From assembly GCA_004431415.1 (NCBI GenBank), contig QPMI01000058.1, positions 186,001-250,000 on the forward strand: a stretch of 64,000 bases of DNA, given 5' to 3'. The notes below the pieces were generated by a model. That model ran no database searches. It had not been told where the DNA came from and saw nothing but the letters and a program-made list of their open reading frames with translations. The number at the start of each line of letters is the position of its first letter. The first letter of the stretch is position 1. The translations under genes were made by a program, and so were the position numbers. The stretch comes from Cyanophora paradoxa CCMP329. Lineage: Eukaryota > Plantae > Glaucophyta. Of this stretch, positions 38,004 through 48,295 are shown piece by piece.

Positions 38004-38444
38004 GCCTCTTCCTCGCTTGCAGTCCAGCATGCAGAACCCTTTTCAATTTGATGCAGATAGCGCGTATACAGCTCTAGATTCAGTACTTCATTCATGCACC
38101 AGTCCCACGGGGAGGCAACGCCCGTTCCCTAGCCTAGTAGCTGTCGTCTTGCACAGATCTATAGCTATTCGACTCCTTAAGCTTTGTTCAGATCTTTTCA
38201 ACCCTTCTGTCCAGTGCGTTCATCAGTATAAGCACTGAACAAGCAAGCTGAATGAACTCCTTCTGCCTTCCGAATGCGCGCCGCGAATGCTGGCGGCATG
38301 CCACTAGGACTCGCGGGGACGGTGAATATTTACAGCGAGTTACAGGGCCCGGCAGGACATGGTAGCGCAGGGCAGACGCGCTGGGCGCGGCCCGCGGCCG
38401 GCGGGGGCGTTCGAGGCTCGTCTTTAGACGTCGCCGCCTTCCAG

Positions 38445-39941
38445 TTAGTACGTGTACTGGGGCCGGGGCGGCTGCGGCTGCGGAGCGCGCAATGAGAAGA
38501 GGCGCGCTTCGAACGGTCGGGAGCAAGCCGGGGCGAAGCGCGGACCGCTGCGGAAGGAGGGCGGGTCGGATAGGAAAGGACGGCGCCGGAGGCGGGCCGG
38601 GGGGACGAGCGCGGGCGCGGACGCACGGGGGGGCGGCGGCGGGGCGTAGGCGGTAGCGTATGCGGTGGCGTATGCGGTGGCGTAGGCGGTTGCCGTGACG
38701 TACGGCGTCGCGGTCGGCGTCGGCGTCTGCGGGGCCGTGGCGAAGTAATTATAAGCCGCGGCCGAGACTGCGGGGGCGTCCTCCTAGACCTCGAGCTCGA
38801 ATTCGAATGCGATCGGACCGGCGGGGGCGTGCAGGGCGGGGTGCGGTACAGGGTGACGGGCGGGCACGCTGCGGGGGGCCCGGTCAGCGCCCTTCGCAAT
38901 TGCGGGGCGCCGCGGCCGCAGGAGCCCCGCGGGCGGGCCGGGAGCGCACTCGGGTAAGCCGTGGGGTAGGTCGTTGGGTAGGTCGAGGGATAGGCTGCGC
39001 TCGGATCAATCAGACGACGCCGCTGTCCGCAACCGCAACGACGCGAGATCGAGCTTCAAGGTGCGCACTCGTCGGGTAGATCGAGGCGACGTAGGTCACG
39101 GTGGGGCTCGGCACGTACGTGGTGACTGTCGTCGGGACCTGCGCACCAGCAGGTTGAACATTGAGGCTTTGAGAGGCTCAAGCCTCGGAAAGCCCAGCTA
39201 CGCGGACAGCTCCGAAATGTCGCGCACATTGGTCGGCAGGACGGAAGGATACGTCGACTGTTTCGATCGATGGGAGTCAGCAGAAGAACCGCCGAAGCCG
39301 CGGCGGCTTCCGCGCGACGCGGGCGCGAGCGCAGGCGTATGCGTACGGGGACGAGACTCGGGTAGCACCTGCGAAGGTGCAGACAGCGCCTCAGATGCGC
39401 GAGATCTAGATGGGGGCGCGACCGCGCATGCGGGATCGCACGTTACGTATGCAACGGGCGGCGGGCACTTCGTGGGCGTCGGTGTCGGCGTAGCCTTGTA
39501 GGTCGGCGTCGCGTACACAGGCGGCGGCGGCGGGGGCGGAGCAGAATAGACGGGAGGCGGTGGCGGAGCAGAATAGGCGGGAGGCGGGGGCGGCGCAGAA
39601 TAGACGGGAGCCGGTGGCGCGGGAGCGTAGGGATCCGCCGCCCCGCGAAGGTCTGCGCGCGCGGAAGCGACGCGCGGGGGCTTCAAACCGATGCCGCCTC
39701 CACCGCGCAGCGAAGGGCCTTTCTTAAATGCGGCAAATGAGCCGGAGGCGCACCGCGACGACCCCAGCGGGCCCGCGCTTCGTCGGGCGCCTGCAGACCT
39801 GCGTCCCGGGCCCGGGGCGGTGAGCGCGCGGCGCGTCGCCCGATGGCCCAGGAGGGGCGCACCGCCCTGCCCGTGCACGAGAGGTGCAGCGAGCACCGCC
39901 AGAGCGAGCGCCAGGCAGAAGGCAAGCTTCGCGGCGTTCAT
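38445..39941 (-). CDS. Secreted Pro/Thr/Tyr-rich extensin-like (HRGP-like) surface protein
   Basis: Signal peptide MNAAKLAFCLALALAVLAAPLVHG, followed by repeats (V/A)YSAPPPPP x3, ATPTPTPT, TYPTTYPTAYP and (YATA)n across several exons. It ends PQPPRPQYTY* at 38445. Internal exon boundaries are approximate. Confidence 0.75.
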
Positions 39942-40360
39942 CGCTGCCGATCAATTCAAGTCTCAGGAGCGGTACCCGGGCTAGAGTTTCACGGAACTTT
40001 CACCAACTTTCACGCTGCAGCTTGCCACGCCCTTCGCAGCTTTTGAACGGCCGCAGACCCTGAGAGACGTGTAGAGCAGCTCCAAGCCACCACCAACCGC
40101 CCGCGGACGCCAGCCTGGCCACCTGACCTGGCCTGGCCACCTGACCTCGCCTGAACCGCGCACAACACCGCCGGAGCCGGCCCTCGCTGCTGCATCTAGC
40201 TGTAAGTGAGCCATCGGGGCATCGCCCAGCTGTGCACTCCTGAGGTCAAGTCCGCACTGCCGTCGGGCGCTCCGGGCAACTGCAAGGGCGGCGCGCGCAC
40301 AGCACAGGCCCGCCATCCGTCAAATCCGCAACAGGACATCAGAGGGGGTCCGCTCGGACG

Positions 40361-42185
40361 ATGGCGGCGGCCTCTCCGCAGTCCCTCCACGCGCAGGCGC
40401 TCGCCCTGGCGAAGAGCGGGGCGGACGCTGCGGAGCTGGGCTTGCTGCAGGCCGCCGTCGACTCCTTCGCGGAGGCCATCGAGCTCTTCATGAGGGAGAC
40501 GGATCGTGCGCGCGGCTCCTGCGGCTCGCCTTTAACTTGCCATCGCCGATGAGCGCGCCGCCGCAGTTCTGAAGCGGGCGGGGCGCGCTGAGGAGGCGGA
40601 GCGGGCGAGGCGGCTGGCGGCCGGCTGCCTGCAGACCGCCGAGAACCTAAAGGCTCAGATGCAGGCGCCGGCCTTGCCGTACGCTTCGTCGTACCCGTCC
40701 GCCCAGCCGGCCTCCCACCACTCGGCTCTCTCTGGCTCCGGCTTCTACGCCTCGGGTCCGTCCGTCCGCCCTCCCGCCCGCCCGCCCGCCAGACCGGGCG
40801 CCCCACACGCCACCGCCCGCCGCGCAGCGCCGCCCCTGCCGCCCTCCGCCCCCGCCATGCCGCCGCCGCCCTCGACGCCGCCGCCGCCGCCCGCGGCGAC
40901 TCCCGACGAGGCCCGGAGGCGGATGCTGCAGGGCGTCGTCCAGCTCCGCTGCGGCCGCAGCAGCGGTTCCGGTGCGGCTGTACCCCCCGCCCGAACTCGG
41001 ACGTACCCCCGACCCCGGCGCCTCCCTCATTCTCCAGGCTCCGTAATCTCGTCAAGAGGCCACATTCTCACCAACGCGCACGTGATCGAGGGGGACGGCC
41101 CCATATTCGTCGCCTGCAACATGGACCTCAAGAGCGAGCCGATCGTGCGCCGTACCCCCCCGCCGTTTGTTCCCCCTGACCCCGTCCCCTCTCTCCCCTC
41201 CCCCCTCCCCCCACCATTCCAGGTCCGGTACATCGCGAAGCCTCTGCAAGTCGACAAGGATTTAGACCTCGCCCTCCTGCACGTCGTCGGTACCCCCGCC
41301 CCGCGTTCCTTTGATCCTGTACCCCGCTTAGCCCCCGTTTTAGCGAACTACCACGACCAACAAGCCAGGTCCTTCGACATCGACCTCGTGCGCCGCGTAC
41401 CCCCTCGCCGACCCCCTCCCTATCACGCCGCCTTTCCGACCTTCGCGTCGTACCCCCCTCCCCCAGGAGCCCGTACCCCTCGGCGACTCGCGCGACCTGT
41501 CGATTGGGGATACTTTGTGGATCGTCGGTACCCCGGATTTCGTTCTCGCCCGCGGCCCCCGCCGAGTTTGCCCGCGCAGGTTTCCCGGGGCTTGGCGGGG
41601 GTACCGTGACGCTCACGCAAGGGATCGTGAGCGGGTTCCTCGACGAGGGCCAGTGGATCAAGACCGACGCGGGTGCGCTGTACCCCGCCCCAGACGAGCC
41701 CCGTACCCCCCCCCCCCGAAAAGACCGTTCGTTCCTGATGACGTCGCCCCCTCCGGCAGAGATCAACCCGGGCAACAGGTGCGGTGGCCTCGCCCAGGGC
41801 CCGGGGTGGCAGCGGATAGTGGGCACGCGTTCGTCTAGAACTGACGCCCGGCCGGCTCCGCGCCGTACCACGGTACCCCCAGCGGCGGCGGGGCGTTCCG
41901 GGACGGGCGCCTTGTTGCGGTGGCCTCGGCCGCGGCCTCCGAGCGCTCGACCTCCCAGGAGGGAGCCAAGGTGCGCCTAACGGAGTCTGTGCCTGTTCGG
42001 TCGGCGGTGGCTATGTTCAGGCTGACGTCGATGCGCCCCGCCCTGCCCCGCCCTGCCCCGCCGGCCGGCAGGTCCTGGGCAAGCTAGGCCTGCTCAGGCC
42101 CCTCCACCTCGCCCGGCCCCTCGTCACCAGGGCGCGGGAGGTCGGCGGCACCGGGGGTGCCCCCTGCGCCCCAATCCCCGGCTAG
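40361..42185 (+). CDS. Trypsin-like (Trypsin_2/HtrA-type, no PDZ) serine protease with an N-terminal MIT-like helical domain and Pro-rich linker
   Basis: Catalytic triad motifs are SGSG|SVISSRGHILTNAHVI, DLDLALL and IKTDA|EINPGN(S)|GG. The N-terminus LHAQALALAKSGADAAELGLLQAAVDSFAEAIELF resembles MIT helices 1-2. Stop TAG at 42183-42185. Confidence 0.85.
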
Positions 42186-42782
42186 CTAGGCCCGAGGGAC
42201 TCTCAGAATCTGTGTTTTCGGCATGCGCATCGGCGTCCTGGGCCGGGCCCGGGGGATCTCCTGCGTTCTGATCTTGCACTCCGTGCGGCGGGTTGGCCCA
42301 GTGCAGTTCATTGCAGGCACTGCGGCAGCTGCGGGCCAAACCTACTAACTAGGAACGAAGGCTAGAAAGCCTAACAGAGAGTGACGTCGACAGCCTGGCA
42401 GCGTCCACACTGCCCCCTAGTAGCCTAGTAGTAGTTGGCCCCTACCGGTACCTGCCCGGCCAGGCTGCCAGGCTGGTTCGTATACTAGGCTAGTAGGCTG
42501 TGGTAGCTGCGCATGTAGCCCCCACTGGCCCCCCAGGCGGCGGGGCCAGGCCCCCCAGTGGGCGGCAGTGGCCCCCAGTGGCCCCCGGGGCCGGACCGCC
42601 CCCGGCCCAGTGGGCCCCCAGGCCCCCCACTGCCCCCCCCAGGGAATTCGAAGGCTGAGCTCGAGGCTCCTGCGGGGGAGTCCTGCCAGGCTGAGTCCTG
42701 ACTCCTGAGCAGGCCCGCGCGCGCGCGCGCGGCCCGCGGGATTAGGCCGGATTCCCGCGGGAATGCCGGGAACTTCGGAATG

Positions 42783-42787
<5 letters not shown>

Positions 42788-42813
<26 letters not shown>
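42788..42813. repeat. (TA)n microsatellite
   Basis: Perfect ATATAT run. Confidence 0.9.
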
Positions 42814-43264
42814 CCGGACTCGGGACGGCAAATGGTCGGGCACAGTGATGGCATTTTTTCTAGAAACTTTTCTATAAACAATTTCGAAATCAATTTCGAA
42901 ATTGTTTCCGAAAAGGTCCCGAGAGACCCCCCTAATTAGGAATTGTTTCTATTTAAGGGGGGTACTTTCGTTTTGCCACATTCTGCGCGAAACACGGCGA
43001 AACAACGCATTAGAATGATAGGAAACGTGATAGAAAGGTTAAACAACACGATAGGAGTCTATCGTAGACGTCTAGAACCGGAACTCAGCCGCCAACAAGG
43101 CTCAGCGGCTGGCAGGGGGTACGAGGTGTGAATTTCCCTTTCGTACTGTCGCATGTTCTGATGATCAGGAAGACACGAAACTGGACAGTTACCAATAGGG
43201 AAAGCATAAGAAGGTTAAAGGGAGCGTCAGGCATCAGCAGAAGGGCCCTCGGGAGGGGCCCCTG

Positions 43265-43319
43265 ATTTCGGAAATATTTCGGAAATATTTCCGAAATATT
43301 TCGGAAACGTTTCCGAAAT
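43265..43319. repeat. Five tandem 11-bp near-palindromic units (ATTTCSGAAAT)
   Basis: The units are ATTTCGGAAAT, ATTTCGGAAAT, ATTTCCGAAAT, ATTTCGGAAAC and GTTTCCGAAAT. Related ATTTCGAAAT units lie at 42881-42912. Confidence 0.85.
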
Positions 43320-44029
43320 GGTCCATTTTTGGGTTAATTCGGAATACCATCACTGGTCGGGCAATGACTCGCCAATGTCGCATAAGGAGAAGGTTGATTT
43401 AAACCCCATTGATGTCGCTTGAATGGGCCTCGTGTCGGATTCAAGATGGGGGTACTGCGGCTACGACTGCCGCACAGTCCCGCACTGCGCATGCGCCGCG
43501 GCGAGTCTGCAGCAGCAGCGCGCATCCGCAGCCGTGCAATCGATCGATCGACGTCGACGGATCGCTCGTCGTTCGCTTGCCCTAGGCCTGCATGCAGCTC
43601 CCGCTAGCGCTGGGTCTACAGCCTACTAGTACAGGCTAGCTGAGGCTACAGGCTACAGCTGCGCGCGCATGCAGCTACCGCGGCCGGAAGAGGCGATCGA
43701 CCGTCGGACACTTCTCATCGCATGCGCATGTATCGCGCCGCAGCCTCGCCGAATCGGTGCTACTAGACTGGACGACTTGCTGCCGTAGCACGCCGATATC
43801 GATCGCCCACCGTACCGGTACCTCTGATCGATTCGACTCGTTCTCACCGTTAGCACCGAGTAGACCGTCTTTCGCGGGAGCCTGCTGCTGCTGTTCGAAC
43901 GCGCTTAGTTATCGGGGTCCGCCAGCCTCCCAGCCAGGCGTGCCACGCCTTGCCCTCGTACGTCGTAAGACGGACTTGCTCGGTAGAGCGTCCCTGTGCG
44001 GCGGCAGCAGCACAGGGGAGCGAGAAGCG

Positions 44030-47000
44030 ATGTGGGAGACCAGCTTGCTTCGCGCTGTCTCGCGTGTCCAGAGCCTCTACATCGCGCGGGCTGAGCAGCA
44101 GGAGCTCTTCGGTGCGCGGCGCCGCCGCGTCCTGAGCGCGCAAGTGTAACGCGACGGCAGCCGAGCTGCTCAGCGCGTTCCTAGACACTCTCGAAAGGTC
44201 CGCCGCCATGCAGCGCTTCGTTGCGCCGCGCGCCCCATCCAACTCTGGGTTATGCTCGACTCACACGGGCTCCGCGCGTGGATGCGTGCGTCCCTTTCCT
44301 CTACGCAGCGAGTATGGATTCATCGGGGAAATTTTTGAGGAGGAGGGACACCCGTTCCTGCGGACGCACGCCCTCACAAACGCGCGCCGCTCTGCACATG
44401 TGTGCTTGAGTTTTCCGGCCGGCTGAAGCCCGCCTGGTCCGCGATTAGATCTCGTGGGACGAGGACACGAGGCGCCTGTACGAGGAGAGCAAGCGCACCG
44501 GACTCGAATTCCGCAATCTCAACGTGCGCCGTACCCCCCTCAGCCCCTCCCTCACCCCGGCGCCTCACCCGCCCATGTACCCCGCAGTCGCTCTTCGGGC
44601 GCGTCATCGTCACGGGCGAGCCCTTCGTTTGTAATGGTGCGGTACCCCCCTTCAGCTCCCGCCCGAGTTCCGAACCGCGTACCCCAGATCCTGCAAACCA
44701 CCCGGCTCGGGCGGGACTTCCGAAGGGCCACCCCGCCCTGAACTCGTTCTTGGTGCGCCGTACCCCTCCCCGAACCCCGCGTTTCCTCCCGCGCTGAAAT
44801 TCTCGGGGGGTAGGGCATGCCTCTCAAGCTGGGGGACACCCTGATTGGCATGGTCGGCGTTGCGAACCGCCCAGGGGGGTACGAGATGGAGCACGCAACA
44901 CGGCTCCAGGCGCGTGCATGCCGCCCCTTCTGTCTCTGTACCCCTCCGCCTTGCGAACCGGGGGGCGCAGCCGCTGCTGGGTACCTGCGCGCAGCTCATC
45001 GCCGCGTACGGGATCGAGCAGGCGAGCGGCCGTACCCCCCGCACTCCCCCCCCCCCTCCCATCTGAAAGCGGTCTCCCCCCCACTTCCCACTCCACGCCC
45101 TCGCCCCCGCAGAGGCGACGGGAGGCGGAGGAGAAGCTCGTGGCTGCCCGCGAGGCCGCCGAGGCGGCGGTCAAAGTCAAGTCGCAGTTCCTCGCGAACA
45201 TGTACCCCCTTTTCCTCTTTTTTTAGCTCCGATCGGCCCCCGACCTCACGCCGCAGGTCCCACGAGATGCGGTGGGCCGTACCCCCCCCCCCTCTGCTGA
45301 CCTAAGCGAAACCGTCACGCTGAACTGTCGCGCCCCTTTTGGGGGGTACTACGCCGCGCCAATGGATCCAGGACGCCGCTGAACGGTGCGCGCGCGCGGG
45401 GGTCCCGCCCGCCCGCCCGCCCCCGGTCCGCCTCGAGCTGAGCGCCCGATCATGACCCCCTCGCGCGCGCAGGAATCCTGGTGCCCCTGCTCCCTGCTCC
45501 CCCCCCCCCCCCCAACACCAGCGCCTGACCTCACCCCCCCCAGGGCGTGACGGACCTGATCGCTCAGACGCCGCTCTCGGACGAGCAGGGCGAATACGTC
45601 ACGTGCGCCCGCCTCCCTCAGACTCAGCGGAAGACTGGCCGGCCGGTGGAGAGTGGGCAGGCCTACCTAGAGGGACGGCCCGCCTCCACGCAGGGCCGCT
45701 GACCCCCGCCTCCCCCCCTCTCCCCCGCAGGACGATCCGGCAGTCGGGCGAGGCGCTCCTCGCGGTCATCAACGTGCGCTCGCCCCGCCCGACCCCGGTC
45801 CCCGGGCCCCCGGCCTCCTTAGCTTCGGCTAGAGCTCAAGGGTTGCAACCAGCTAGCTTGCAGCTAGCTAAAATCCATCTATCTAGAAGAAGGGTTAGGG
45901 GTTGCTAGTGCGGGCCCGGCCCCGCCCGGCCCCCGGCCCCCGGCCCCCGGCCCCCGGCCCCCGGCCTGGCCTCCTCCTTGCTGGCTTGGGCTAGAGCCTA
46001 ATCTTGAAGGGCCGGAGCTAGCTAGCTAGCTCGCCCCTCCCGAGCCGCCGCCGCCTCCTTCTGCTCGGGCGGGGCGCTCGAATGCTAATTTGATCTACTT
46101 TGATCCTAATTTGATCTCGAGTAGTAATTTGATCTGGACCGCAGGACATCCTGGAGTTCAGCAAGAACGAGCACCTCAAGCTCGTCCTCGAGGAACGGCC
46201 CTTCGACCTCCTACCCCTCCTAGAGGAGGTCGGCCGTACCCCGCGCCGCGCCGCGCCGGACCTGCGGGATCGGTGGCTAGAAGGGCTCCAGATAGATGGA
46301 AAGCTGCGACTTGGCCATCTGTCTATCTTGTCTAGCTTTCTATCTAGCGTCCCTCGGGCTTCAGAGGAGGGGGGCTCTGGGGGAAGTCCGGGCCCGGGCT
46401 GCCCGCGCGCCGGCGCGCGCAGCAGCTCTGACGCCATGCCGCCTGCGCGCTCCCGCCGCCCGCGCCCGCGCCCGCGAGATAGATAGATAGATAGATAGAT
46501 AGACAGATCTGTCTATCTTGTCTAGATTCCTATCTAGAGCCCGTCGAGCTTTCTATCTAGCGTCCCTCCGGCTTCCAGGCTGCCCAGGCTGCCCGCGCCC
46601 AGGCTGCCCGCGCGCCGGCGCCCGCGCGCAGGTCTGACCCCTCGCCGCCTGTGCGCAGGTCTGCGACGAGTGCTCGGTCACCGCCCACGGCAAGGCGAGC
46701 TCGCCCTCCTAGATAGATAGAAAGCTGCGAATTAGCCATCTGTCTATCTATCTATCTACGTACCTATGTAGCTAGATAGATTTCTATCTAGAGCCCTTCA
46801 AGCTTTCTATTATAGTGCTCGGTGACCGCCCACTGCAAGGCGAGCGAGCAACCCCCGCGCCCGGCACCCATCCCCCCCCTCCCCGCCCTTGACCTAGCTT
46901 GCGCTTTGCTCTCCCCTCCCCTCCTCTGAGCGGGCGAGCGCGGCCGCCCTCGCCTTCCCCTTTGCCCCGCCTCTGAGCCCCTCCTCTCCTCCTCCTCCTC

Positions 47001-48264
47001 CTCTCGGGGCTGCGTGGCTCTGCCCTCTCGTCCTCTGATCTTCTCTTCTTCCTCTCGGGGCGCAAAGGAAGAAGCTGTCCTCTGTCCTCTGAGCTTCTCT
47101 TCTTCCTTTCGGGGCGCAGGGGATCGAGCTCTCGCTGCACGTCGACCGCCGCGTTCCCCTCCGCGTCGACGGCGACCGCTTCCGCCTGTGCGCCGGCCCC
47201 GCCCCGCCCCGCCCCGCCCCGCCGAGAAGCTTACTGCGCCCTACAATATAATGCGGTGGCGCCCTTCGAAGCTTCTTACAAATGAAGCGCCCTATAACGT
47301 CTTCTAAGACGGCGACCGCTCCCCCTGCCTGCCTGACGGGCCCGCGTTTCGGGGGGCGCGCCGCAGTCGGCAGGTCCTCGTTAACCTCGTCGGGAACGGT
47401 GAGCGGGGCTCCCCCGGGGCCCAGCTTTCTAGGCCGGGGCAACAGCAGGATCAAGGGGCCGGGGCCAGCCTCACCGTTTCAAATGAGGCCCCCTGCTTTC
47501 TAGGCCGGGGCCAGCCTCACCGTTTCAAATGAGGTCCTAGTGAGCCGACGCTTCTCGAGGCACCGCCCAGCTTTCTAGGCCGGGGAAGGAGCTGTCGCCC
47601 CTTGGGGGGGAGGGGGGGGGGGGGGGGGGGGGGGGGGCTGGAGAATGCTCCCTCAGCTGTCAGCTGTCGCCCCCCAGCCGCTCGCTAAGCCGACGCTTCT
47701 CCGCCCCGCCCGCTTCGACCCCCCCGCGCCACCACAGCCCTCGCCGGCCTTCCCCCCGCCCTCACTTCCGCTTTCGCCGCAGCGGTCAAGTTCACGGCGG
47801 AGGGCCACGTGACTGTGATGGTGTACCCCGAGGAGGAGGGTCCCGCCGAGGGCGCCGGGGGCCCGGCCGCCACTGCCGCCGCCGCCGTTGCGCAGCCTGC
47901 GCTGCCGACGCCGCCGCCGCGGCCCCGGCACGCCCGCCCGCACATCCACCGGCCCTCCGTCTCCCCCGCCGGACCATGCCCCTTCCAGCGCCCGGCCATG
48001 AGCCCGTGCCCCTCGCCCCCGCCCGTCTCCTGCTACCCCTTCTCGGCGCCGGCCCCTGGCCACTCCTCGCACTCCCCGCCCCCGCCCGAGCTTCGCACCC
48101 TCTCCCTCCGATTCGTCGTCGAGGCGAGCGCGCGAGCGAGCATGGGGTACCCCCCACCACCTCCGCCCCGCTGACGTCTACCACGCCCGGGGGGGGTACA
48201 GGACTCGGGCCCGGGCATCCCGGAGGAATCGCGCTCGAAGCTCTTCCAGCCCTTTAGCCAGGCG

Positions 48265-48295
<31 letters not shown>

